Position numbers and translations under genes: made by a program. This document shows positions 8,825-17,671 of a DNA stretch of 44,609 bases, piece by piece (the stretch's first letter is position 1; each line of letters begins with the position of its first letter). Source of the DNA: a virus (Duplodnaviria > Heunggongvirae > Uroviricota > Caudoviricetes); IMG/VR virus record IMGVR_UViG_3300045988_011059, positions 1 to 44,609 of that record; one strand, given 5' to 3'. Below the pieces are notes generated by a model. That model searched no databases, had not been told where the DNA came from, and worked only from the letters and a program-made list of their open reading frames with translations.

Positions 8825-9874
8825 ATGGCAATTACCACTATCGGCGATATCGTAACTGGCAACATCCCGGTCCTGGCGTCTTATATGACCGAGGACCCGG
8901 TAGAAAAAACCGCGTTTTTCCAGTCTGGTATTCTGTCCCCGACTCCATACGCTGCCGAGATTGCCCGCGGCTCGTCCAACATCGCTAATATTCCTTTCTG
9001 GAAAGCGATTGACACTTCTATTGAGCCGAACTACTCGAACGACGTATACCAGGACATCGCTACCCCGCGTAATGTCCAGACCGGCGAGATGATGGCGCGC
9101 GTAGCTTACCTGAACGAAGGTTTTGGCCAGGCTGACCTGACCGTTGAACTGACCAGCCAGAACCCGCTGCAATCTGTGGCTTCTCGCCTGGATAACTTCT
9201 GGCAGCGTCAGGCACAACGCCGTCTGATTGCTACCGCGCTCGGTCTGTACAATGACAACGTAGCTGCTACCGATGCTTACCACGAGCAGAATGACATGGT
9301 AATCGACGTGTCCTCTACTCTGGGCTTCGATGCAGGCGCGTTCATCGACGCTACCCAGACTATGGGTGATGCCCTGATGGGCAACGGCGGTGAAGTGCTT
9401 GGCGCTATTGCGATGCACAGCTTCGTTTATGCGCAGGCCCGTAAGCAGCAGCTTATTGACTTCATCAAGAACGCTGACAACGACACCCTGTTCGCCACCT
9501 ACCAGGGCTACCGCGTGATTGTTGATGACAGCATGACCGTAGTCGGTACTGGTGGCAGCCGTAAGTTCATCTCCATCATCTTCGGCAACGGCGCTATTGG
9601 TTACGGTGAAGGTTCTCCGTCCAACCCGCTGGCCTATGCGCGCGAAGAGTCTCGCGGTAACGGTGGTGGCGTCGAAACCCTGTGGACACGTAAGACTTGG
9701 TTGCTGCACCCACTGGGCTACAGCTTCACCAGCGCGGTGATCACCGGCAACGGCACCGAGACTACCCCGCGCTCCGCTTCCTGGCAGGACCTGGCGAACG
9801 CCTCCAACTGGAACCGTGTTGTTGACCGTAAGCATGTACCGATTGCCTTCCTGGTAACTGGTGTTGGGTCTTAA
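8825..9874 (+). CDS. Major capsid protein
   Basis: 349-aa ORF after the scaffold with strong expression signals; call is positional, no search run. Confidence 0.75.
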   Translation: MAITTIGDIVTGNIPVLASYMTEDPVEKTAFFQSGILSPTPYAAEIARGSSNIANIPFWKAIDTSIEPNYSNDVYQDIATPRNVQTGEMMARVAYLNEGFGQADLTVELTSQNPLQSVASRLDNFWQRQAQRRLIATALGLYNDNVAATDAYHEQNDMVIDVSSTLGFDAGAFIDATQTMGDALMGNGGEVLGAIAMHSFVYAQARKQQLIDFIKNADNDTLFATYQGYRVIVDDSMTVVGTGGSRKFISIIFGNGAIGYGEGSPSNPLAYAREESRGNGGGVETLWTRKTWLLHPLGYSFTSAVITGNGTETTPRSASWQDLANASNWNRVVDRKHVPIAFLVTGVGS

Positions 9875-9935
9875 GGTTAAGCTATAATCGAGAGGGACTT
9901 CGGTCCCTCTTTTCATTTACTAAGAGGATTCCTAA

Positions 9936-10277
9936 ATGGCAGACGTATTGAAGCGACGCATCACCGGCGTCTCCGCTGACGCCCCGGGTGCTAAGATTGA
10001 CATGGTGACTATTTCTCCTGCGTCTTTCTCGTCCGCGCTGGCGGCTACTACCTCCGTTACCGCAGGCGAAACCATGACACTGACCGTAACCGTAACTGGC
10101 GGTCTGGAGCCGTATTCCTACCAGTGGTATAAGAACAACAACGCCATCGCCGGGGCTACCGCGGCTACCTACGCTAAAGCGTCAACCACTACCGCCGATT
10201 CTGGTACGTATAAAGTGGTTGTTCACGATGCGTATGGTAATATTATCTCCAGCAGCACTGTAGCAACTGTGCCTTAA
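9936..10277 (+). CDS. Ig-like domain protein (possible decoration protein)
   Basis: YSYQWYKNNN...SGTYKVVVHDAYG Ig-like motif; sits after the capsid gene. Confidence 0.55.
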   Translation: MADVLKRRITGVSADAPGAKIDMVTISPASFSSALAATTSVTAGETMTLTVTVTGGLEPYSYQWYKNNNAIAGATAATYAKASTTTADSGTYKVVVHDAYGNIISSSTVATVP

Positions 10278-10282
10278 TACAA

Positions 10283-10298
10283 CGGCCCTTCGGGGCCG
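10283..10298 (+). terminator. GC-rich stem-loop (weak terminator)
   Basis: CGGCCC-TTCG-GGGCCG hairpin, no strong T-run. Confidence 0.35.
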
Positions 10299-10313
10299 TA
10301 ATAAGGAAAGGTC

Positions 10314-10493
10314 ATGGCAGATAACTATGTAATCCGAGAGAAATACACCCACGTTGATATTATTGACGGTCAGGTGATGCCCGTTCGCGGTGTGGTAGAA
10401 GCGGATGAACTGGTCGCAACCCAACCGGACAACGAAGAAGCGCACAACAACGGCGGTGGTGCCAAGCGCCGTCGCCGTAAGTCAGAGGAATAA
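10314..10493 (+). CDS. Hypothetical small protein (59 aa)
   Basis: Hand-translated; AAGGAAAGG RBS; basic C-terminus. Confidence 0.4.
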   Translation: MADNYVIREKYTHVDIIDGQVMPVRGVVEADELVATQPDNEEAHNNGGGAKRRRRKSEE

Positions 10494-10496
10494 TTT

Positions 10497-11009
10497 ATGC
10501 CGCTAATCGTGGAAGATGGGTCAATAGTACCTGGCGCTGACAGTTACATTAGTCTGGCTGACGCCCGCGCGTTAGCGGCTGATTATGGCCTGGAGTTGCC
10601 CGCGGACGATACCGCCGCGGAGGTGGCTTTGCGCAACGGCGCTACGTATGTCGGGCTTGCAGAACCGCAGATGTGCGGTCGTCGTGTATCCGCTGAACAG
10701 TCTCTGGCGTATCCGCGCACCGGCGTTACGCTGAACGGATTCCCTGTCGCGAACAATGTCATCCCGAAACAGGTGATTCTTGCGCAGGTAATCGCGTCCG
10801 CCACGTATGGTGCAGGTACTGAGGTGCGGGCTAACTCTGATGGGCGTTCTGTACAGACCGAGCGTGTCGAGGGTGCAGTAACAGTTACCTACTTCAACAA
10901 CGGCAACAGTGGCGCTACAACCGCGATTACCGCTGCGGACGACGCCTTACGCCCGTTACTGTGTGGCGGGCTTAACAATGGCTTCTCATTTAATGTGTAC
11001 CGGGGTTAA
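10497..11009 (+). CDS. Structural protein (head-tail joining region)
   Basis: ORF track; position between capsid and tail genes. Confidence 0.5.
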   Translation: MPLIVEDGSIVPGADSYISLADARALAADYGLELPADDTAAEVALRNGATYVGLAEPQMCGRRVSAEQSLAYPRTGVTLNGFPVANNVIPKQVILAQVIASATYGAGTEVRANSDGRSVQTERVEGAVTVTYFNNGNSGATTAITAADDALRPLLCGGLNNGFSFNVYRG

Positions 11010-11011
11010 AA

Positions 11012-11626
11012 ATGGCGAAGACTAAAACAGAGATGTTTACCCTTATCGGCGCGAACCTCCCTGATAACCCCACCGGACTTATTACCCCCGCCGCATTGCG
11101 CGAAGTAATGACACAGATGGCAGACTCACCTATTTACGCCACTCCGGGTGTTAAAGAGGTTGAAGTTCTCCGCGCTGCGTCTACCGTAACACAAACGCCT
11201 TCCGCAGTAGATACGGCGTTGCAGTTAACTTTCGGCTCCGCGCAGGGTAGCGCGTCAGACCCGGTAATGATTAATGCTGCGGGGCTTGTTACATTCAACA
11301 CCGCAGGTAACTATGCCGTTCGTATCAAGTTACAGGCGGGGCGTACAGGGGCGAGTGGTACATCAATCCTTTTATCACGCATTCTCCTTAACGGCGCTCA
11401 GTACGGCTCCCCCGCAGCTACTAAACTGGTCAGCGCCGACGTAACGATTCCGATTGAATCCCGCGTCGTTATTAACCCGACAGCAGGCCAGACGTTTGCC
11501 GTTCAGATTATGCGAGATAGCTCCGGAAGCAACTACGGCGGCGTATACCCGCAAGCGGCTACCGTGACCGCATGGGGCACAGCACCATCAGCGTTACTGG
11601 TTATCTCGAGACTGGAGGCCGCCTGA
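11012..11626 (+). CDS. Structural protein (head-tail joining region)
   Basis: ORF track; positional. Confidence 0.5.
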   Translation: MAKTKTEMFTLIGANLPDNPTGLITPAALREVMTQMADSPIYATPGVKEVEVLRAASTVTQTPSAVDTALQLTFGSAQGSASDPVMINAAGLVTFNTAGNYAVRIKLQAGRTGASGTSILLSRILLNGAQYGSPAATKLVSADVTIPIESRVVINPTAGQTFAVQIMRDSSGSNYGGVYPQAATVTAWGTAPSALLVISRLEAA

Positions 11627-11985
11627 TGAGCACCGCTTTCAGTAAACGTATGCAAGGCGTGGGTACGCGCCTGCTGACCAAATTCGGCAGTACGGTATCT
11701 CTTGTTCGCGCTGGTTCGAAAGTATGGGATGAAGTTCTCGGTGAGTACGTCTGGTCTGACGATGAAGTGTTGCCGTTGAAGGCCGTTCCAGTTCCGGTAA
11801 ACGCGGGACTGGTAAACGGTACGACGATCCAGGCTGGCGACATGATTGTCAAAGTGGATTGCAGTGTCGTTCCGAAGATGGAAGACAAGGTACAATTCGG
11901 CGGAGAGCAATGGTCCATCGAAGCCATCGAGAAGAAGATGGTTAACGACGATGTTGTGGCATACTTTATTCAGGTGAGAAAATGA
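11626..11985 (+). CDS. Head-tail adaptor / head closure protein (putative)
   Basis: ORF track frame from ATG 11626 (TGATG overlap with the upstream stop). Confidence 0.45.
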   Translation: MSTAFSKRMQGVGTRLLTKFGSTVSLVRAGSKVWDEVLGEYVWSDDEVLPLKAVPVPVNAGLVNGTTIQAGDMIVKVDCSVVPKMEDKVQFGGEQWSIEAIEKKMVNDDVVAYFIQVRK

Positions 11986-12377
11986 GTTTCGCGCTTGATG
12001 TCTCTAAGTTCGTGGAAAAGGCGAAGAAGAACCCTGAGAAGGTGATGCGTCAGGTGTCTATCAAGCTGTTTTCCGCTATCATAAAGGCGACGCCAGTTGA
12101 TACTGGTCGTGCGAGAAATAACTGGTTTGCGTCTGGCAGTACTCCGTCACAGGAAACTACCACCTACGGCGCACCGCAAGGAACAGCAACAATCCAGCGT
12201 GTTACTGCGGTTATAAACACCGCTACAGACTGGAGCGAGTTCACACTTACCAATAACCTGCCGTATATACAGCGTCTGGAGTACGGCTGGTCGCAACAGG
12301 CGCCGCAAGGATTTGTCCGGGTGAATATATCGCGTTTCCAGCAACTCATTAACGAAGAAGCCAACAAGGTGAAATGA
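11982..12377 (+). CDS. HK97 gp10-like tail component protein
   Basis: PVDTGRARNNW motif resembles the DTG-R-N signature of that family; ATGA-coupled. Confidence 0.55.
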   Translation: MSFALDVSKFVEKAKKNPEKVMRQVSIKLFSAIIKATPVDTGRARNNWFASGSTPSQETTTYGAPQGTATIQRVTAVINTATDWSEFTLTNNLPYIQRLEYGWSQQAPQGFVRVNISRFQQLINEEANKVK

Positions 12378-12790
12378 TGGGCTACTTTGAGGACTTAACA
12401 AAAGCGTTCGACGTGCCGCTGGTAGCCTTCGGAACCACCAACGGCATCAAGGTAGCACTTGAAAACATCGACGCGCCGACGTCAACCGATACGCCGTATC
12501 TGGCTAGTTACATGTTACTCGCGGATACGGAACAGGCTGATTTGTTCTTCACGGAACAACGCGCTGGCGTCTACCAGGTAGATATTAACTACGCATCGGT
12601 GAAAGGTAGCGCGCCGATCAATAAAATGGCAGACTTACTTAACACGGCGTTTAAAGCAGGTAAGTCATTTTCACGTAACAACATCTGCGCCGAGGTTCAA
12701 TCGGTTAGCCTGGGGCCACTGATTGTAGAAAACGGATGGGCAAAACGACCATTGTCAATTAACTTTATTGCATTCACCAAGAGGCTGTGA
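12374..12790 (+). CDS. Tail completion / terminator protein (putative)
   Basis: ORF track; directly precedes the major tail protein. Confidence 0.45.
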   Translation: MMGYFEDLTKAFDVPLVAFGTTNGIKVALENIDAPTSTDTPYLASYMLLADTEQADLFFTEQRAGVYQVDINYASVKGSAPINKMADLLNTAFKAGKSFSRNNICAEVQSVSLGPLIVENGWAKRPLSINFIAFTKRL

Positions 12791-12792
12791 AT

Positions 12793-13959
12793 ATGGCTAC
12801 AACTCCTTTTAAGGGCGCGAATACCGCGCAATTCTATGTGGCGGAAGTCACCCCGGGCGTAACACCGGCTAACCCGGTCTGGTCACCGTTGCGTAACACT
12901 GGCGGTGTTCCTGCTATCACCCGCGACACGCTGACCTCCAACGAACTGGACGGCAGCCGTGAAACTACATCCATCCGCACCGGTAACAAACAGGTTAGCG
13001 GTGAATACGCGATCGAGCTTAGCTCGAAAAGCCAGGATGACTGGCTGGCGGGTGCTTTAGGCTCTACGTGGCGATCCGGTGTTTCCCTGTCCAGTCTGTC
13101 GATTACCGTCGCACCCGCAGGCAAGACGTTCACACGCGCTACCGGCAGTTTTATCACTGACGGAGTTGTGGTAGGCGACCTGATTGCATTTACCGATTTA
13201 ACAGGCGATAACGCAAAACCATTTATTGTTACTGCAGTAACGGCTACGGTTGTTACTGGTGCAGGCATCCAACACACCCTGACCACCGAGACAAAAACTA
13301 GTAAGGCTAAAACCGGCGACACGCTGGAAACCGGTAACACGTGTAAGACGTTCTCTATCCTTACCTGGTACAAAGGCCAGTGCGGCGGTACTGACGCGTA
13401 CACGTTAACCAAAGGCGTGGAAGTTTCTGGTTTTACCATCGAACAGGCTGTTAACGCGATGGTAACTGGCAGCTTCCCATTCATAGGTCGCAGTCAGGAG
13501 ATTCTCACTACGCCGCCGACCGATTCCAACTTCTCATCTGTTACTTTTGGCGATGAGCCGTTCTCTTCGGTTGACGTTTCCGTGTTCGATGGCTCTACGC
13601 CGTTGCGTTGCGATAGCCTTACCATCACCAACGATAACAGCGCATCTGCGCAGTTCGAACTAGGCAACACTAACGTAGCGTTTGTGGAGCGTAGCCGTGC
13701 AGCTAACACCTTCTCCATCTCCGGTAAGCTGTATGACATGGCGATGATTCAGAAGTTTATCAACGAACAGCAGGTGGAGATTAACTCTATTCTGGCGGGG
13801 GTAAACGGAGCTATGTCTTTCAGTTTGAAACGTGCAGAACTCACGGCGGTTACACCAGAGATTGGGGGGCCTGAGTCAATCACTCAGTCCATTGAAGGCC
13901 AGGCTACCGGCAACCAGTACCAGTCGTCTATTGTTATCCAGCGTATCACCTACGCATAA
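12793..13959 (+). CDS. Major tail protein
   Basis: About 390-aa Thr/Ser/Gly-rich protein with AAGAGG RBS, followed by a strong terminator; positional. Confidence 0.7.
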   Translation: MATTPFKGANTAQFYVAEVTPGVTPANPVWSPLRNTGGVPAITRDTLTSNELDGSRETTSIRTGNKQVSGEYAIELSSKSQDDWLAGALGSTWRSGVSLSSLSITVAPAGKTFTRATGSFITDGVVVGDLIAFTDLTGDNAKPFIVTAVTATVVTGAGIQHTLTTETKTSKAKTGDTLETGNTCKTFSILTWYKGQCGGTDAYTLTKGVEVSGFTIEQAVNAMVTGSFPFIGRSQEILTTPPTDSNFSSVTFGDEPFSSVDVSVFDGSTPLRCDSLTITNDNSASAQFELGNTNVAFVERSRAANTFSISGKLYDMAMIQKFINEQQVEINSILAGVNGAMSFSLKRAELTAVTPEIGGPESITQSIEGQATGNQYQSSIVIQRITYA

Positions 13960-13963
13960 AACT

Positions 13964-13988
13964 AAGGCCCCGAAAGGGGCCTTTTCTT
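13964..13988. terminator. Bidirectional rho-independent terminator
   Basis: AAGGCCCCGAAAGGGGCCTTTT between convergent genes. Confidence 0.7.
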
Positions 13989-14163
13989 ACTCACTTTTGA
14001 ATGGCATTTCATAGAAGTTAGTTAACTGGCCTCGATCACTTCGTTCTGTCATTTCTTTTGAGGCCTCCTCCTTGCTACCAACGGCGTAAATATCGACCCA
14101 CTCGTCCCATTCTTCGTCGAATACGCGGATTACATATATTGTTTTCATAATGTTTTCACGCAT
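13987..14163 (-). CDS. Hypothetical acidic small protein
   Basis: ORF track frame; start at ATG 14163 or 14148; last gene of the minus-strand cassette. Confidence 0.4.
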   Translation of the reverse strand: MRENIMKTIYVIRVFDEEWDEWVDIYAVGSKEEASKEMTERSDRGQLTNFYEMPFKSE

Positions 14164-14725
14164 TTGGGTAAATCCCCAGGATTCTATTAGCAATCGCAGC
14201 CGCTGTTAATGTAATCTCGCCCGGAACGACGGCGACGTCATGGTGCACTACCCCATCAATATCGTACAGATAACCACGGCTGTCATCCTCAAACGTATAG
14301 CCGTCACGATGAAGGCGAACGATTCTCACGTCATGACCCGCGGCGACGATAGGAGTCACTTCACTGGCGAATCCGCCATCAGACACTACAAAAACTTCGT
14401 TGCCGTCTGGCAAGTTTTCAGCAAGATACTTACCGAAATAATCATTGCCAAGTACAGGCTTAATGAATTGCTCCGAGATAGCAATCATGAACTGACGTCG
14501 CGACAACCCATTAAGGAAACATTCTGGCTTTTCTTTCCGTGCCCGGTCGTCGTAGCCGTCGAGAAACTCATGGTAAGCATCCGGACCTAACGCCGCCAAA
14601 GCAATATTGAACATTGGATTCTTGAAACTGGTAGTTCCTTTCGCAAAGCCCATTTCTACCAGTGCCATAGCAAGCGTGTCTTTCCCGCAACCCGCAGGAC
14701 CATTAAGAATAATTACCTTAGCCAT
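14156..14725 (-). CDS. P-loop nucleotide / polynucleotide kinase-like protein
   Basis: Walker A GPAGCGKDT near the N-terminus, like the G-x-GKDT P-loop of T4 dNMP kinase. Confidence 0.65.
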   Translation of the reverse strand: MAKVIILNGPAGCGKDTLAMALVEMGFAKGTTSFKNPMFNIALAALGPDAYHEFLDGYDDRARKEKPECFLNGLSRRQFMIAISEQFIKPVLGNDYFGKYLAENLPDGNEVFVVSDGGFASEVTPIVAAGHDVRIVRLHRDGYTFEDDSRGYLYDIDGVVHHDVAVVPGEITLTAAAIANRILGIYPNA

Positions 14726-15210
14726 TATTTATCGCTCCCATGTGGCTTTAAGTGTGAAGAGTTCCCGTTACAGTCATATTCGGTAACCGCGTGAGTGGTT
14801 ATGCCGAGTTCGCGGAAATGCTTTATTACCGCGGGAGAGTCGTCGAATGCGCACAAGATTCTTTCCAGCCCGATAGCACGTAGCACCTCTTCCTTAATTA
14901 CGATGTCTTTTCTGTTGTCGTGTTTGCTGCGCATGATTAACTGGTAAAATTCGACGCGGTGGCGCTGCAACCACATTCTTGTTTCTTTTTCCGCGTCATC
15001 ACTGCGGCCCGTTAAAATAACAACGGCGTAGCAGCGATTAAGGGCGTTACACAGTTCGATGTTATCTATAATTGGTTCATCATCTTTGCACGCCATGTTA
15101 AATGGTTTCCACGCCCAGGTTTCGCCGTAGTTATCTTTCGGCAGCAGGTGTAAACGATGAGTACCATCCGCCAATGTCCCGTCTAAATCGAAAATCACAA
15201 TATCTTTCAT
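14725..15210 (-). CDS. HAD-superfamily phosphatase, T4 Pnk phosphatase-domain-like
   Basis: N-terminal IVIFDLDGTLA (DxDGT), then LTGRS and RKD...KEE...DD motifs in the same order as the T4 polynucleotide kinase 3'-phosphatase domain. Confidence 0.7.
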   Translation of the reverse strand: MKDIVIFDLDGTLADGTHRLHLLPKDNYGETWAWKPFNMACKDDEPIIDNIELCNALNRCYAVVILTGRSDDAEKETRMWLQRHRVEFYQLIMRSKHDNRKDIVIKEEVLRAIGLERILCAFDDSPAVIKHFRELGITTHAVTEYDCNGNSSHLKPHGSDK

Positions 15211-16337
15211 CCCAGCATCTCCGGTGAAATAGTTAAACGTGCGACCTCGCCAAATTCGGCGCTATAAGTAATTACATTTGCGCTACGGCCCGACATCCAA
15301 CCTCCGCGGGAGGCGTAGGCGTCTTTAGCCGCTAAGGTGCGGTGTTGCTCAACAATCATGTTACGGCTTTCCACAATCTTCTGATGGTGCAGGTGTCCTA
15401 CATGGGCGTAGCTGTAAACACTCTCACCGAACGCTTTGCGGAACTTGGCGATCATAACCGGTTCGATAGCGTCGAAGCGTGCTTTATGTCCGTGGTGAAA
15501 GAACAGCGTCGTTTTGCCGTGTTGCACCATCTTGTAAACATCCGGTGACGTATCGACGAACACACGCGGCTCATTGTCATACAGCGTACTGAACATCTCA
15601 GCCAACCAAATCATGCCACTTTCGTCGTGATTCCCTTGCACGATAAGCAAGCGAACATTTTTATGCTTAACCAGCGCCATATCGACAACACGGCGGACCA
15701 TGCGAATCATGTAGCGGACAAGTTTCTGGTAACGGGTGTCGGCGTCAAGGGCGTGACCGCTTGCAGGTGTAACGGCAACCAGACTATCGAAGTGCGCGAA
15801 GTCGCCCAGCAGGTTAATAACCCCAGTCCCCGCATCCGGTGCTTTCTGAAACGCCGCGTCGAACCAGCGAGAGAACAGGTCTTCCGCAATCTTCATATCC
15901 CAGTCGTCGCCGCTCTCGTCGGCCCAGGCCAGCATACCGAGATGAAAATCGGATACAGTGTAAAGATTAAGCAGTTTATCGTCGCGTTTGGCTCGGGTTG
16001 CTTTAACAGGTGCAACCGGAGTAATCTCTGACTTCATGCCTTCGATTACGGCTTTCATCAACTCGACCTGACGTTCTGCGTCTGTGTCGGTCTTAACCCA
16101 TTGCAACTTAGTGTTGCCGAACTCGTCCACAAGTGACGACGTTCCTTTAATCTTGTAGCCATCTGGCACAAGGTGACTAACGTCGCGCCCGTGGCCTACG
16201 CCTTTCTTAGCCAGCTTCGCTTTACGGATGCGAATAACGCGGTCTGAGATGCCGTATTTACGGGCGATGTCGATATTCTTCATACCGGCGTTCAATTCTT
16301 CCTGCAACTGTTCGTCGGTTATTTTCTTCCTGGCCAT
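15207..16337 (-). CDS. Calcineurin-like metallophosphoesterase with N-terminal HTH
   Basis: Motifs D-x-H (SDFHLG), GD (LLGDFAH), GNHD (QGNHDE), GHxH (HHGH / GHLHH); N-terminal NIDIARKYGISDRVIRIRKA resembles an HTH. Confidence 0.7.
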   Translation of the reverse strand: MARKKITDEQLQEELNAGMKNIDIARKYGISDRVIRIRKAKLAKKGVGHGRDVSHLVPDGYKIKGTSSLVDEFGNTKLQWVKTDTDAERQVELMKAVIEGMKSEITPVAPVKATRAKRDDKLLNLYTVSDFHLGMLAWADESGDDWDMKIAEDLFSRWFDAAFQKAPDAGTGVINLLGDFAHFDSLVAVTPASGHALDADTRYQKLVRYMIRMVRRVVDMALVKHKNVRLLIVQGNHDESGMIWLAEMFSTLYDNEPRVFVDTSPDVYKMVQHGKTTLFFHHGHKARFDAIEPVMIAKFRKAFGESVYSYAHVGHLHHQKIVESRNMIVEQHRTLAAKDAYASRGGWMSGRSANVITYSAEFGEVARLTISPEMLG

Positions 16338-16401
16338 GCTTATTCCTCGTGCTTAGGATTTGTCCTATTTAACCACAGTGCATTCCTTTAAATAAAGGCG
16401 A

Positions 16402-16728
16402 CTATTTACTTTCTGCGCCTATTGCCCACCCAGTCATTACCATTTGCAGGCGGGTGGCGGTCAGTAGGCTGTAAACCGCGTCTCCGTTTTTCTCTACAGA
16501 ACGTATTACCGTGTATGTTACGGCTTGCGGAGGCAGGCCCGATTTACCAACCTCTACGGCTGCCTCACACTCGCGAACGGTAGAGTCCTTAAATGCCTTT
16601 ACAATAGTAGGGTCGGCTCTATCAAGCACACCAGAAGTCATAAGAACGGATTCACTAAACACCTGTTCACACGGAGACCCAAAAGTAGCAAAAGACATAA
16701 AACCAAGAGCTAACACTAATTTACGCAT
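16402..16728 (-). CDS. Secreted / periplasmic protein with signal peptide
   Basis: N-terminal MRKLVLALGFMSFATFG is a classic signal peptide; no lipobox. Confidence 0.6.
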   Translation of the reverse strand: MRKLVLALGFMSFATFGSPCEQVFSESVLMTSGVLDRADPTIVKAFKDSTVRECEAAVEVGKSGLPPQAVTYTVIRSVEKNGDAVYSLLTATRLQMVMTGWAIGAESK

Positions 16729-16756
16729 AATTATTTCCTCAGTAAGTTACAGGTGA

Positions 16757-16785
16757 ATAGTACCCTATTATATCGGGGTGTGCAA
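16757..16785 (-). promoter_or_regulatory. Early-type promoter TTGCAC-N17-TACTAT (minus strand)
   Basis: Reverse complement reads TTGCACACCCCGATATAATAGGGTACTATTCAC, near-identical over about 33 nt to the promoter at 39230-39258. Confidence 0.55.
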
Positions 16786-16892
16786 GTAGTGTGCTAGAAT
16801 AAGTTTGCGCCTAGTGTCGCACACGAAAAGCGGGTGGTTCCCGTCTGGCGCGTCAACCTTAACCTGTAACCTCTTAACCAAAGGACTAAAGA

Positions 16893-17309
16893 ATGAAACT
16901 TTCTGATTTCTATTTTGCTGACCGACACGCTGCCGGTACTAAAATGCCTATCCTTCTGCCGAGTGGTAAAGACTCCGGAGAATGGTTGCAGGTCATTGGT
17001 CCTGATTGTGATGTCGGGGTTCGCGCGGGCCGCGCCTACACAACGGCAATTCGACGCCTTACGGAAGAACTTGCGCCATTAGATAAAGAGTGTGAGGCAC
17101 TGAATAACTGGGCGCGTTATAATGATGAGAAGGGCTGGCGGGTGATGGACCTGAACAAGCAGCTTGCCGTGGAAATCGTCACCGGTTGGTCATTCGACGA
17201 ACCGTTCAGCAAAGAGGCGCTGGCTAACCTGTTTGACCAGTACAGTGGGTTGGCAGAAGCCGTAGTTAAGCACCACACCGATAGCCGCGAGAAACTCTCG
17301 GAAAAGTAA
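16893..17309 (+). CDS. Tail assembly chaperone (G-like)
   Basis: 138-aa ORF immediately upstream of the tape measure gene. Confidence 0.6.
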   Translation: MKLSDFYFADRHAAGTKMPILLPSGKDSGEWLQVIGPDCDVGVRAGRAYTTAIRRLTEELAPLDKECEALNNWARYNDEKGWRVMDLNKQLAVEIVTGWSFDEPFSKEALANLFDQYSGLAEAVVKHHTDSREKLSEK

Positions 17310-17671
17310 AAGCGCTGTATGAATTTGCGCAATGGTGCTTTGTCGACCGCCAGAAACGTAAGCAATTCGACGACATCGCGGCGGGGCACCAGGCGGCTTT
17401 GATTGCAATGGGCGTGATTAAAGAACCGCAGATGAAAGAAGCGACGGGGCCAGAATGCCCCGTTTCTCTTATCGACGTGTTCGAGAAATACCGTGCCATT
17501 AAATTCCTACAGCGCGAAACAGATGATACTATCGTTATAATCCCGCGCGATGCGCTCAAATGGCAAGATTTGGTAGCGTTTCGTGATGTCGCCGGTTACG
17601 GCATAAGTTTGTTCGAAGCCGAGGTTATCATGGGCTTAGACGGAATATTTGAGGGCAGAGAAGATGGCTGA
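17285..17671 (+). CDS. Putative -1 frame extension of the tail assembly chaperone (T-like)
   Basis: The -1 frame is open from 17285 and overlaps the last 25 nt of the chaperone; no ATG or RBS of its own; ends overlapping the tape measure start. Confidence 0.4.
   Translation, partial: PRETLGKVKALYEFAQWCFVDRQKRKQFDDIAAGHQAALIAMGVIKEPQMKEATGPECPVSLIDVFEKYRAIKFLQRETDDTIVIIPRDALKWQDLVAFRDVAGYGISLFEAEVIMGLDGIFEGREDG

Noticed and set aside
8261-9916. 551-aa minus-strand ORF spanning the scaffold and major capsid genes
   Set aside because: Antisense to two well-supported structural genes; its translation is low-complexity (Ser/Ala/Arg/Val-rich) with no motifs or start signals; a long open antisense frame is expected from GC-rich third codon positions on the sense strand
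12834-13484. 216-aa minus-strand ORF inside the major tail protein gene
   Set aside because: Antisense shadow ORF in a region whose sense frame fits operon coupling and has a good RBS
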